Shown here in pieces: positions 27,566 through 41,983 of a stretch of DNA of 64,000 nt. How positions within the stretch are numbered: position 1 is the first letter of the stretch; every line of letters starts with the position of its first letter. Source of the DNA: Eledone cirrhosa (taxonomy: Eukaryota); contig OZ024743.1 in assembly GCA_964016885.1 (NCBI GenBank), positions 346,704,001 to 346,768,000 on the forward strand, written 5' to 3'. The notes under the pieces are model-generated. The model ran no database searches, was not told the DNA's origin, and was given only the letters and a program-made list of their open reading frames with translations. The position numbers were made by a program, and so were the translations under genes.

Positions 27566-27760
27566 CATATACATATACATATACATATAAGACACGCACA
27601 ATAGAAGCTTATACTAGAGCAAACAAGCACATCTTTGCCGTACGATCTTAAATTGAATTTTTAAACAACAATAGAAGGGAAACGAAGAGAAAACCACGTT
27701 GGATGACAACGAAAGGATGGAGGGAGGATATGCGGATGTAAGTTGGAATATATATATGTA

Positions 27761-27801
<41 letters not shown>

Positions 27802-27863
27802 TTGTATAGATAGATAGATATAAATATATATATCTAGAGATTACACGCCTTCACATCCACACA

Positions 27864-27927
<64 letters not shown>

Positions 27928-29269
27928 GAGAGAGTTAGAGAGAGAGAGGGGGGGGGGAGAAAGTGCGTAGCTGCCGAAGTGTATGATAAGTTATTTCCAA
28001 GACAAGCCTGGAGGTTGTTTGAGGGCCTCCAAGTTTAGGAACATGATACTTTTTCTCAATCTGAAGATTTATTTCAAATGCTTGCATCAGAGAAAACTCC
28101 TTCACAAAATTCTCGCGTGTATGCAACAACGAAACTAATCTGTTATGAAAAATATAACTATCTAACCCATGTTTAGCTACGAGATATGTGAGATCTAAAT
28201 ACATAAATGTTTATATATATCGTGGAGAAAAATTTGTGATTCAATTGTAATAAATTATGAAAGGAAGAAATGTAAATTTGACGAAGACAGATTTGAATTC
28301 CGACTGTAGCCAAATTCCGCATGACATTTTATCTGATTTTTTTAAACTTTTCTGGCAATAACAAATAGAGCTATACATACATGCACACACCAACACACTC
28401 GTGTGTGTGTATGCCGGTGCGTGTGTGTGTAACATCATTATTAGGGCTCTGATTATTATGTACATGCCCCGCAAAAAGAGGCCTGATGACCGTAAGAGAT
28501 TAATCCGAATGAAATATTTATTGAGATGTAAATGAACATATATATGTGTGTGAGTGTGTGTATGTGTGTGTATGTATGCGTATGTGTCTGTGTGTATGTG
28601 TATGCGTGTGTGTGTTAATTTGCACACTATTATTAAATCTAGTTTTGATTTCAGTTGAGGCACACCTGTTAATACCTTTTTCACTTTTATTTGTGTAATT
28701 TGTCGAAAAGACTCATTGTCTTTTATTACCATGTTTTGTCCTGTTACAATTCCGTGGACGCTGAAGAGAATGACATTGGCATTAACTCCCCGAAACCATA
28801 AGGATCTCCTGTAATGGATTGATTAGAAGTGATCCGTGAGTGTATGTTTTTTCTGTTGTCTTTTTCTTGTGCACCCCTCTGCGTGGGCATGTATATGGTG
28901 GCAATTACTTACTTAGTTCCCTCCTGTTCTCTCTATCGTCTCTTTCTCTTTCTTTCTGAAGCATTGGCTGACGAGACTGCACTCAAGCCAGCCCGTGTCA
29001 ATTAGTTAGTCCACTATAGTCATTAACCAGGTCTTGAAGGTTGGGCTCGCCTCCTGCTCTTCCCCTCTTTCTTCCTTTCATTTGAGAGTGGTTCTCCATG
29101 GTCTCTTCATGTGCATGATTACTATGTGAACGGTGATGCTATCCCATATTTATTCATGATGTTGTCAATATCAATGTACTATAGGCAGCCAATATGCAGT
29201 CGTTGGTGCATATAGCAAAGTGCCCGTGATACTAATTCCGGCGTGTTGCGTTCTCCCTTCAAATGCCGG

Positions 29270-29955
29270 TGAGCGCAATTTTGCCTTTCATTATTTAAAA
29301 TAAAGTTAGGGTGGTGGATTGGCAGTATCGGTAAGGTCGGACGCCATGCTTTCCAGCATAGTTACGTCCCTTTACGATCTGAGTTCAAATCCCGCCGAGG
29401 TTGACTTTGCCTTTCATCCTTACGGGGTCGATAAAATAAAGTACCAGTAATGCACTGGGTAATTGCTGGCCTTGTGCCTAAAGTAGAAACAATTATTTAA
29501 AATAAAGTCGCGGTAGATTGGCAGTATCGGTAGAGGGTCGGACGCCATGCTTTCCAGCATAGTTACGTCCCTTTACGATCTGAGTTCAAATCCCGCCGAG
29601 GTTGACTTTGCCTTTCATCCTTACGGGGTCGATAAAATAAAGTACCAGTAATACACTGGGTTATTTGCTGGCCTTGTGCCTAACGTAGAAACAATTATTT
29701 AAAATAAAGTACCAGTAATGCACTGTGTAATTGCTGGCCTTGTGCCAAAAGTAGAAACAATTATTTATGAATAAATAAGCGGTAGATTGGCCGTATCCGT
29801 AGAGGATCGGATGCCATGTTTGACGCATAGAGTTACAGCCCTTGCCATTCTGAGTTCAAATCCCGCCGAGGTTAACTTATCCTTACGGGGTCGATAAAAC
29901 AAAGTACCAGTAATGTACTGGGTATTTGCCTTTGCCAAAAGTAGAAACAATTATT
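29270..29955 (+). mobile_element. Tandem/nested cluster of tRNA-derived SINEs
   Basis: Three near-full units plus split fragment; TTATTTAAAATAAAGT repeated at ~29291, 29493 and 29695. Confidence 0.9.
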
Positions 29956-30862
29956 TAGGAATAGAGTAATGAATTCTGGATTAGGGGCAAGATCAGCGAT
30001 TCTGCAGGATGGAAAAGTCGATTAAATAGGTCACAGTACTTTATTGTTATTTTTACTTACCAATCTCAGAAAATGAAAGAAAAAAAAAATGTAAATGCAA
30101 AACGTAAAGCGCCGGATCAAATATCGGGAAACATATTTTTCGATGTACACTCTTACAGGGCGATGGATGAGAAGATGCATTGCGTTATTATTTCAGGTTC
30201 TCTTCGTTCTGAGTTCAAGTTCCACTGATGCCTACACTCTTCATATATTGTCGCTCGGTTTAACCTCACCACCTGCCCATTGGGTGCATTTGGCGAGACC
30301 CACTATGCTACAAGGAGTCAGCCATGTCTGAATATATTTTCCTCCCTCACAACATCTCCATCCCATTAGTCTCGGACACCCAGAAAAGTTGTCATAGGCA
30401 CTGCCCTTCCCTCCCTGACTAATAGAGAAGAGCGTAGGTAGTATTATTACCCAGAGGAATGCAGAGAGAAAGGGGTCTAACGGTGGGCTGTCACTCAGAC
30501 GTGATAACAGGAATTGAAATGTTATATCTGTCAAAAGTGGTATGTTGTTTTACAGCTGTGTATTGAGGAATTTGCGACGTAGATATTAAGGTGCGAGTGG
30601 GGGTGGGCGGGGGAATCAATACGCCCTTGTGTACAAATAGGTTTTGTGTGGTTTTGGCATGGCATACATCTAGAACAGATAGTTGTCACTATGGCCTGGT
30701 CAGTTTGACCTCTGACATTCAATCTTTAAATGGCCTGACATTAACTGGACGGGGATGGGAGCAAAATATTTAGGGTATTAATGTTTGATTTAATTAGAAT
30801 TAAATACCATACTTCCTTTCTCCTTTCATATTCCTCTAGAAATACTCCCATCCCTCGTATAT

Positions 30863-30901
<39 letters not shown>

Positions 30902-30932
30902 AATAATGTGTGCGCATGTTCGTAAGTGTCTG

Positions 30933-30967
<35 letters not shown>

Positions 30968-30969
30968 AT

Positions 30970-31017
<48 letters not shown>

Positions 31018-31019
31018 AT

Positions 31020-31054
<35 letters not shown>

Positions 31055-31081
31055 CAGACACTTACGAACATGCGCACACAT

Positions 31082-31085
<4 letters not shown>
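30902..31085. repeat. Perfect palindrome centred on a (TA)n tract
   Basis: AATAATGTGTGCGCATGTTCGTAAGTGTCTG... mirrored by ...CAGACACTTACGAACATGCGCACACATTATT. Confidence 0.9.
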
Positions 31086-31140
<55 letters not shown>

Positions 31141-31566
31141 TATTTACATATTTATATATATAAACATATATATATACACACACATTTTCAATATGTGGGC
31201 ATGTAAACATGCCACAAAATACGAAATTGAAAAAATTATAAACACCTTTTAATCCGTTACCCATTCTATGTATACAAATATAATTTATCGTACACTTCTG
31301 TTGCTGGCGCACTTCTGAATATATATCTCAATTATATACCAACTCGAGCGCTAATTAGTACAGCCATTTCAGGCTAATACTAAGAACAAATTGGTATAAG
31401 AGCTCATGAAATATGTTTTTCCTTGTGATTGTTTGGATGATATACATGTCTTCTAATGTAGGCACAAATGGGTTGGAAAATCGACTAGTTATCGTTTTTT
31501 TGAATTTATAGGAAACGTTCTAATTTCTGGCAGGTTTACATGCCTACATATTGGAAATGTGTGTGG

Positions 31567-31651
<85 letters not shown>

Positions 31652-31676
31652 TATATATATACACACAATCGCGGTT

Positions 31677-31779
<103 letters not shown>

Positions 31780-31784
31780 ATATG

Positions 31785-31861
<77 letters not shown>

Positions 31862-31959
31862 ATAAAGGCCATATACTGCAATAGCTTTGTGCCTCAAAGA
31901 CACCACCTCATTAATATGTTATCCAAAATACTATGATACCATCATGGAGACTGCTTCAC

Positions 31960-32130
31960 TGTGCGCTATTAAGTGGTCTGGATCTCTTGAAAGGCACCTA
32001 AATTGACTAGATCTACAAACGTACTAGGTGGAAGTCCTCCTTGCAGGATATCTTACCACGATCCAGACGTTGACTCCGACCACAGTGTGGTAGTTGCAGG
32101 GGTTCGTTTCGAGCTAAATAAGAAAGATAT
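31960..32130 (+). mobile_element. LINE AP-endonuclease relic
   Basis: ID*IYKRTRWKSSLQD / SYHDPDVDSDHSVVVAGVRFELNK matches the IDYI...SDH C-terminus of APE domains. Confidence 0.7.
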
Positions 32131-32564
32131 GGAAAGAGTGTGTGCGGCCTACGTCACTGAATCTCTGATTCAGGTATACACGTCGATAAGATTCATTGAA
32201 TAAGTGTCAAGAATGTACGTTGTCTATTTACTATTCCTGTAGGAGATGGATTTCTAACATACACATAAATCTAGAGAAGAGACTAAAAGATAAAATTTGA
32301 ACCGAGTAGAATATTTTACTGGCACCGGAAGGATCGATCGCTGGTAAAGCTGGACTCGGTGTCATCATTTGAACCAAGAACGTAAATATCCGTAACTGGA
32401 TGCCGTAAAACATTCTTCTGACTATCTTGCGATTCTTCCGCCCCATAACACTGAAAAAAGAAAAGACATGACCGCCGATATGGAGCAAAAAGGGATTAAA
32501 GAAAAATAAGGTGCACATGCATATCACACCGTATACACACACACATACACATATACATACACAT

Positions 32565-32630
<66 letters not shown>

Positions 32631-33157
32631 TAGCAGTATCGGTAGTGAGTCGGTCGCCATGCTGAGCCGCATAGAGTTACGCCCCTTTTCGGTCAGAGAT
32701 TAAATCCCGCTGAGGTTAACTTTGCCTTTCATCCTTACGGGGTCGATAAAATAATTGTATCTACTTTTGGCACAAGGCCAGCAAATACCCACTGCATTAC
32801 TGGTACTTTATTTTATCGACCCCGTAAGGATGAAAGGCAAAGTTAACCTCGGCCGGATTTGAACTCAGACTGTAAAGGGACGTAACTATGCTAGAAAACA
32901 TGGCGTCGATAAAATAATGTACCAGTAATGCACTGTATAATTGCTGGCCTTGTGCCAAAAGCAGAAACAATTATTTGGCAGTATCGGTAGAGGGTCAGAC
33001 GTCAAGCTTTGATGCATAGAGTTACGGCCCTTGCCATTCTGAGTTCAAATCCCGCCGAGGTTAACTTTGCCTTTCATCCTTACGGGGTCGATAAAATAAA
33101 GTACCAGTAATGCACTAGGTATTTGCTGGCCTTGTGCCAAAAGTAGAAACAATTATT
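32631..33157. mobile_element. Cluster of tRNA-derived SINEs, including one inserted in reverse inside another
   Basis: Plus SINE split at GTCGATAAAATAAT (~32742 and ~32905) by a minus-strand copy, followed by another plus copy. Confidence 0.85.
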
Positions 33158-33197
33158 TATATGAACATATATATAAAATATATATATGTACATGTAT

Positions 33198-33258
<61 letters not shown>

Positions 33259-33564
33259 GTGTGAATACATATATATGAATATATATATATGTGTGTTTGC
33301 ATGAGTATGTAACTATATACATATATATGTATACACACACTAGAGACAAAGACAAAGAGACATAGGCACACACATCGTGGCATATGAACATAAATATATA
33401 ACAAACAAATCTAGTCATGGTGTAATTGGCAGTAACACAAAATGTCAATGATTGTACACACACACATACACATGCACAGATCAATACATACATACGTACA
33501 TATATATATATATATAAGAGTTTGGGTATATCCACACACACACAGACATACACACATATACACA

Positions 33565-33658
<94 letters not shown>

Positions 33659-33967
33659 TTATACATATACATATATATGACTATATACAAACACATATAT
33701 GACTATATACACACACACAAACACACACACATATACACACATATATATACACGTGTGTAGATATATATATGCAATATCCATATATATGAAGCAATACTAT
33801 TTAACATTGTAAACAAGAGAGGTTAGATGTAATTATTGATACATAATTAAAACAATTGGTGTAATTTTAAGACGCCGATGACAAAAACAATCTGTCATTT
33901 TTTAGGTGAGAATTCGAAGCACTGTGAGAAAATAAAAGTGTTAAAATCTCATGCATTGTGAACAAGA

Positions 33968-34009
<42 letters not shown>

Positions 34010-34013
<4 letters not shown>

Positions 34014-34090
34014 ATAATAATAATAAATTTGAAGATCCCGTTAAGGGTGAAAGCAGCGATTCTTTGCTTAAACTTTAATCTGTTATTTTA

Positions 34091-34096
<6 letters not shown>
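34010..34096. mobile_element. Family D mini-element with inversion junction in the hammerhead core
   Basis: Tail AGTAATAATAATAATAAATTTGAAGA joined via TGAAGA to tCCCgttaaGGGt GAAA GCA..TGC TT AAACT. Confidence 0.7.
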
Positions 34097-34155
<59 letters not shown>

Positions 34156-34172
34156 TGTGTGTGTGTGTGTAC

Positions 34173-34236
<64 letters not shown>

Positions 34237-34400
34237 TTATTTATGTGTGTGTGTGCATAAATATTGCTTGGTGGCGTATGCATGTAATTATATATGTGTG
34301 TACATGTCTGCGCACGTATTTATGCATATATTCATTTATCTCCCATATGTATGATTTTTTTTCAATTAAGTACACTTATCTGTTGATGGTATTTGATGAC

Positions 34401-34501
<101 letters not shown>

Positions 34502-34522
34502 GTATGTACGTATGTATGTGTG

Positions 34523-34625
<103 letters not shown>

Positions 34626-34838
34626 ACCTTCGTCAGTCAGCATATATGAATATATTCATGAAGACACATGCCATCAGTTTTAAGTGAATTCTACATTAAA
34701 TCTCTATGTAAAATGTTTTCTTAACATGTTAATTAAGTTTACTTTAAACACTGTAGAATGCGATACTTTATGGAAATCACAGCAGCAAATGTAGTTTTAT
34801 ATATAACATCAAAACTGCATCTCCCAGATTCAGTCTCC

Positions 34839-34872
<34 letters not shown>

Positions 34873-34873
34873 A

Positions 34874-34912
<39 letters not shown>

Positions 34913-34957
34913 ATATCTATTTATTTATCTATCTATCTATCCATCTATCTATCTATC

Positions 34958-35008
<51 letters not shown>

Positions 35009-35045
35009 TTATCGATCTATCTATCTATTTATGCACCCATCTCTT

Positions 35046-35079
<34 letters not shown>

Positions 35080-35157
35080 TATATATATATATGTATATAC
35101 ATGTACTGTAGCATACATAGAGCACTCTTCCTTCTTTTACCTTTTCTAGGGAAATAC

Positions 35158-35210
<53 letters not shown>

Positions 35211-35899
35211 TCTGTGTGTCTGTGTGTGTGTCTCTGTGCGTCTGTGTGTTTATGGGTGTTTGTATGTGTGGGTGTGTTTGTGGTATATATATTTATTCAA
35301 ATTTTATGAAAGACCAGGACAGGATATTATTATCCATTTGTGGAGAAACTTCATATAACCAGTTAACAATTAACTCCATTATGGGTGCTTTATCCCAACA
35401 GTATCTCTTCAGGAAATATATAGAAGTAAATAACAATAAATTAATATCATAAAACAAAAATCAAGAAAAATGCGAATCAAAGTATTCAGCAAGTAGTTAA
35501 AATTTCATGTGAAAATTTAACATAAGCTTGTACAAAATTTTTAAGCATGCAAATTTATAAATTTTTCAGTGTTTTTTTTTTTTACAGAAAAAATGAGCTT
35601 TAACTATAAATTGGTTACAGCAGGGGTTATTTATTTATTTTTTAAACCATTTCTGCTGTAACCAAGCGAATGTACACAAAGAAGTTATTACAAAGGGCAA
35701 TAACCCAAAAACATGACTGTTCCCCGATGCCACCGTTAGAAGGAAACGATAAAATTGATCATCAAATAACATACCGTAATGAGGCTGTTTACTTGCACAA
35801 GAATCGAATATTATTATTATTATTCGATATAAAACTCATTAATATATTTATGCAACCCACTATGTGACAGCGAGAAATCATATTCTAGTTGTTTTTATT

Positions 35900-37780
35900 T
35901 TTATTTTCGGCAAGGATTTTAGGGTTAAGCTGGAATCGAACTTCAGATAGGCAAATAAAATGTTCCGCCGACTTCGTAATAAGAAGCCCTCTTCCACACA
36001 TGCTATCAAGATAATGTCTGGGGCTCTCTTCCTTCGGAGACGTACATCCTCACGAAGTGGAAAGAATACTTTGCTGATCTGCTGAACCCGATCACAAAAG
36101 CATATTCTGATGCACACGTGGTGCATCTGGGAGTGGTGACTAATCTCTTGGTAGTTGAAGTAAAAAGAACAGCTAAAGAGCACAAATGTGGAAAGGTAGA
36201 TGGAGAAAATAAAATCCGGCCTTAAATAGAGAAGGTAATCTCTGGCTGACTCATGTGTGTCGGATGGCCTGGATCTCTTGAATGGCACTTAAACAACAAC
36301 AATCGGGAATGATCATTCCAATTTTCAATAAGCTAGACGAGAGAGATTGTTCCAATTAGAGAGAGATCTCCTTTTTAAGCCTCCCCGATAAAGTCTATGC
36401 TAAGTGTCTGGCAAAAAAATGCAGGGAGATTGTCGAGTCCAATCTAACTGATGGACTATGTGGTTTTCGCCCTGGATGCAGCACAGCCGAGCAAATATTT
36501 ACAATGCGGCAGGTTTTCGAGAAATCAGGGGAATATTACCAAGAGGTAAATTTTTGTTTTGTCGATCTTGAAAAGGCGTATGAACACGTTCCCCGGGGCC
36601 TGCTGCTGAAGATTTTGCAGGAATATGGAATTGTTGGTCAGCGCCTTGCAGCCCTGATGTCCCTATACGAATGCCCAAATATCTGTGTTTGGATAAATGG
36701 TGCTAAATCGAAGCCATTCAATGTGAAGATCGGTTTCCCTCACCTCTCCTGTTCATGTACGTCCCTTTACAATCTGAGTTCAAATCCCGCCGAGGTTGAC
36801 TTTGCCTTTCATCCTTACGGGGTCGATAAAATAAAGTACCAGTAATGCACTGGGTGATTGCTGGCCTTGTGCCTAAAGTAGAAACAATTATTTACATGAA
36901 CAGGGGTGACATGAGCAGCTAGTTTGGAAGTGGTATCGTGACTAGCAGGAGTGATTTCAGTCGGCTGGAATTTGTAGACGACATGGTGTTACTTAACTCG
37001 ACAGATTACATAACACGGTGTTATTTAACTCGACACTCGATATATTTGATGCTGTGTGCTGCATGGCTGGAATGAAAATCATTGCTGCGAAAATTGAGTC
37101 GATCGTCCTCTCAGGGAAGCCTGCGCAGTGCACTGTACATGTCAATGGAATTCCTCTGAATGAGTTTCAGAAACCAAGTATCTCGGGGCCCTGTTCACGA
37201 GTGATGGAAGGCAGGAGGCTGAATTACGTGCAAAAATTGCAGGTGCAAGTCTAGTGATGCGCCAGCTTCAGCATTCAGTTATTAGAAGAAGGGAGATAGG
37301 AGTAAAAGCCAAAGTTTCTGTCTTCAATTCGATATTCATGCAAGCCTTCCTTATGGCCACGTCTCTTGTGTAATGCCCGAAAGAATACGATGGCGAATAC
37401 AAATGGGGTTTCTCCGAAGTGTCATCGGAGTAACGTTACTCGATAGAGGGAGTAACTCGGAGATCAGAGAGTCATTCCAGATAGAGCCGCTACTTCTCTG
37501 AATTCAGAAATCACAGCACCGATACTATGGGAATGTGGTTATCATGTTTCTGTAAAGAATCGCTGGACAGATTTTACGGGTAAAACCAATCGGCAGGAGA
37601 CCCAGGAGAAAACCCCGACGAGGATGGTAGAATACCGTCCATGTGTTTGGCTGGTCTCACATGGGGATCTAGCTGGATCAGTTAGAGACGGTTGCTACTG
37701 ACAGGACTCGCTGGTAGGAGAGTTTGAGGGCTCTACCACCACGACTTTCTCAGTATAAAATTTGCCAGCCAAACAACAAC
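35900..37780 (+). mobile_element. RTE-like LINE RT region, decayed, interrupted by a SINE at ~36755-36893
   Basis: CGFRPGCST, QIFTMRQVFEK, CFVDLEKAYEHVPR, EFVDDMV, GMKIIAAK motifs. Confidence 0.9.
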
Positions 37781-38159
37781 TTGTCTTCGACTGGTCCTTT
37801 AAGACCTTCACACGTATCCTCTCTTGATAATGGGTTTTTGAATCCGACAATATTTGAAATGATTAAATTTGGTAAGGTAAAATTATATCGCTATCTTGTC
37901 ACCTTTAATTTTTTCAGTGCGTTGTATGGCTTTTAAACTTATTCAAATTTTTATTTCCTGTTCAACAATGCTTCAAGCACACTACAACAATATATATATA
38001 TGTGTGTGTGTCTGTGTACACATAGATATATACATATATACACACACGCACGCGCGCACACACACACACACACACACATACACACACACACACACAGACA
38101 CATACACGCACACACACACACCTATATATATATAAATATTGATATATATATGAAAACAT

Positions 38160-38330
38160 TCAAGAGCCCGACGGCTGAGCTCCTGCTGAGCTCTAGCTGT
38201 CGAAACGGTTGGAGCTTAGCCGTCGGGGTCCTGAATCTTTTCATATTACCCACTCTACTACACCAAGTATCGCGTACTATGGGGAGTAATGGTCTAGCTG
38301 CTTTTTACCACATCCTATCTGATTCATATA
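38160..38330 (+). mobile_element. Family F mini-element (short fold-back, degenerate hammerhead)
   Basis: CTGCTGA gctctagctgtc GAAA CGGTT ggagctt AGCCG TC GGGGTC and tail TATTACCCACTCTACTAC..GTATCGCGTAC. Confidence 0.65.
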
Positions 38331-38511
38331 CATCTGATGCGAGGGATAGAGAACGAAAAGGAGAAAGCGAAATAGAGAATAAATGAGAGTAATACTGATA
38401 GAGAGAAAGATATGACGAATGTGTTTGTCCATGAACATATCTATACGAATATATATTTGACTGTGTGTGTCAACGAAACGACGGTCAGATAAAAATTATA
38501 ATAATTGTAAT

Positions 38512-38872
38512 AATTGTTTCTTCTTTTGGCACAAGGCCAGCAATTATCTCAGTGCATTAGTTTACAGTATCGGTAGAGGGTCAGACACCATGCTTTCCAG
38601 CATAGTTACGTCCCTTTACAATCTGAATTCAAATCCCGCCGAGGTTGATTTTGCCTTTCATCCTTACGGGGTCGATAAAATAAAGTACCAGTAATGCACT
38701 GGGTAATTTGCTGGCCTTGTGCCTAAAGTAGAAACAATTATTTTATCAATCTCGTAAGGATGAAAGGCAAAGGTAACCTCGGTGGAATTTGAACTAAGAC
38801 CGTAAAGGGACGTAACTCTGTGTTGGAAAGCATGGCGTCCGTCCCTCTACCGATACTGCCAATCTACCGCCC
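38512..38872. mobile_element. Nested SINE cluster (plus copy inside a minus copy)
   Basis: SINE tail (minus), near-full plus SINE 38565-38743, SINE head (minus). Confidence 0.85.
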
Positions 38873-39191
38873 TATAATGAATTAAAATTCATAAATGCGT
38901 GAGTGTTTTCCTCTGTGTACCTTTATACTTTCTGGTCGTAACCTAGCAGTTTGCTGAATAGAAATTGATGAAATAATTAACAAACATATTAACTAAGTCG
39001 ATATGGTTGACTAAATAACGAAGCATAGCCTCAGTCTAATGGCTGAAGCCAGTAATAGAATAAAAGTATTTAAGAATATATGTATGGAGAAACAAACACA
39101 CACACACATACAAACATGTATGTATGTATGTATGTATGTATGTATGTATTATGTATGTATTTATGTATGTATGTGTGTGACCGTGTGTGTT

Positions 39192-39275
<84 letters not shown>

Positions 39276-39523
39276 ATATAGAAATGGCTTATACAGGATT
39301 AGAAGTGTTTCATTCGGGAGAAATCATCAGGAAGCCCTGGCGATTTCTCCCGAATGAAACAGTTCTAGTCCTGTAGAAGCCATTTCTATATCAAATATTT
39401 ATACACTGATATGTATTGAGTACCTTACTTCCTATGGTTACCCCCGATTGAACCCGGGATAAACCCATCGTATCGAGTACTCTGGAGCGTTAGGTCCACC
39501 TGGTTCCTTACCACACTTCCTTC

Positions 39524-39528
<5 letters not shown>
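39276..39528. mobile_element. Palindromic hammerhead mini-element, family A (diverged copy)
   Basis: Arms 39276-39331/39336-39391, minus GGCTTC CTGATGA..GAAA; tail shared with 169-242 then with family F. Confidence 0.85.
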
Positions 39529-39576
<48 letters not shown>

Positions 39577-39624
39577 ATATATATATATATACATGTGTGT
39601 ATGCGCATGTGTGTTTGTATGTTT

Positions 39625-39707
<83 letters not shown>

Positions 39708-40302
39708 CGAACAAACATACAAACACACATGCGCATACACACATACATATATATATATAGAGAGGGGGGGGGATAAATAGAGAGAGAGAGTGAGTGGGAT
39801 GGGAGACAGAGAGAAAGAAGAGAACCAGAAAATGTAAAAGTGCGTGTGTAGATGTATCAAGACGAAGAAAATGATAACGGAAAGAGAGAGGAGAGGATAG
39901 ACAAAGAAAAGCCATTACTTGCGAGAGACAAAATTTGACAGGGATACAGAAGGGAAAAGAAGTGTGGAAAAATATGAAAAGTAGAGATTTTGAGCATCAC
40001 AACCATTACCATCAGTGCCATCAGTGCCATAACGGCATCAGCAATGTCAGCAGCAATGTCATCAGTAGCAACAGAAGGAGGAGAATGAGGAGGAGGAAAA
40101 TTATGATAATATAATAGGGAGGAGACTCTAAAATGTAGCAGCCATAACATTTATGTTTATGAATATTAATATGAATGCGAGAGAGGTTTTTACATTGGAG
40201 AGAAATATTGTATCATAGTGGCTCATTGGTTGATTGATTTTCCTCTGCCTGTGTATAAGCTTACGTACCATTGTATGTTTGTGTGTATGTATGCATGTAT
40301 GC

Positions 40303-40552
<250 letters not shown>

Positions 40553-40737
40553 TATATATATATATATATATTGTGAGTTCGATTCAAAGACCGAGCGATG
40601 CGTTATGTCCTTGAGCAAGACATTTTATTTCACGCTACTCCTTCTACCTGGTAGTTGCGACCGATAGATAGTATTAATAATTGGAAAGACCAACGGAAAC
40701 ATCGTTTCCTCGGTCCGATTTGACGAAAGTTGATCGA

Positions 40738-40775
<38 letters not shown>

Positions 40776-41094
40776 AAATGGATGCATTAGATCATTACTC
40801 ACCTGAGTACTCGATACATGGTGTTGTAGAGTGTGGCAATATGAACGTGTCGGGGCACCGACGGCGCAACTCATGTCGTTTAGTTGTTGAAACGGCAAGA
40901 GCTCAGCTTATAATCCACCACCACCACCACCACACATATATATGTATATATAAATATATATATATATGTATATATATTCTTCTTTTTCGCTAAACTCCGC
41001 CAGTTGCACATTCTGCATCAACATGAGATATTTTTCTCCACAAAGTTCGATCACTCGCAGCAGAGTTTAAAAAGCAAAGATAAAGTCCCGTTCA

Positions 41095-41260
41095 TAAATT
41101 GACACTATCAAGCCATCGCTCTGGTCGCTGGTTTCCGCCTCCTCCACCAGCCAACCCTCCCTCTACTTGACCGTATAATTTGAGCACCCCTGACCGGACA
41201 ATTGATGCAATTGGTCCAAGTCTGGTAATGCCGAGCAGCTCACAGATACAGACACAGCCC
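41095..41260 (-). mobile_element. LINE RT C-terminal relic
   Basis: ELLGITRLGPIASIVRSGVLKLYGQV...RPERWLDSV resembles the RTE C-terminal R.RL.W.GHV...RGRP..RW.D motif. Confidence 0.5.
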
Positions 41261-41333
41261 TGGAACATGAGAGCCCCCGAAATGACCCTATCGTCCAATC
41301 AATAAAATATGATATGATTAGCAGTATATATTT

Positions 41334-41381
<48 letters not shown>

Positions 41382-41809
41382 TACATAATGATATTCGTTC
41401 TTTGGCACTCTTAGGAGAATTCTAATTTTTAAGGTTGATAAATGAAGTACCAGTCCTGCAATAGGATCTATATTCATTTCTGAAATCCCCTGTCTCACTC
41501 CTTCACTGGAAAAGATCGGCTGTGTTACGACCCGGAGAAAGAATACCTTCCACGATTTGCTTAATTTCACAACAGCGAATACACGACTTCCTTTTACCGT
41601 CCAAGTAGAAATATATGCATAAATACAGACATATACATAAATACCCACCGACGCCCCTACACACATAATATATAGGTATGCATACATGTATGTATGTATG
41701 TATATGTATGTATTTGTACATATGCATACATTTACATACATATATAGTTATGTGTGTGTGTAAGGAAACAAGTCAGACCACGGTTAAATTAGATTATATT
41801 AGTTTAAAG

Positions 41810-41850
<41 letters not shown>

Positions 41851-41900
41851 GTGTATATACATGTATTATATGTATATATATATATGTGTATATACATGTA

Positions 41901-41983
<83 letters not shown>

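Noticed and set aside
28480-28525. CTGATGA ... GAAA motif
   Set aside because: No stem I complementarity
28755-28810. CTGAAGA ... GAAA CC ataa GG motif
   Set aside because: Lacks the UH cleavage site and clean stems; at best a heavily decayed relic
29310-29955. Regularly spaced repeats resembling a CRISPR or tRNA array
   Set aside because: Units are whole SINEs without unique spacers; eukaryotic context; no cloverleaf
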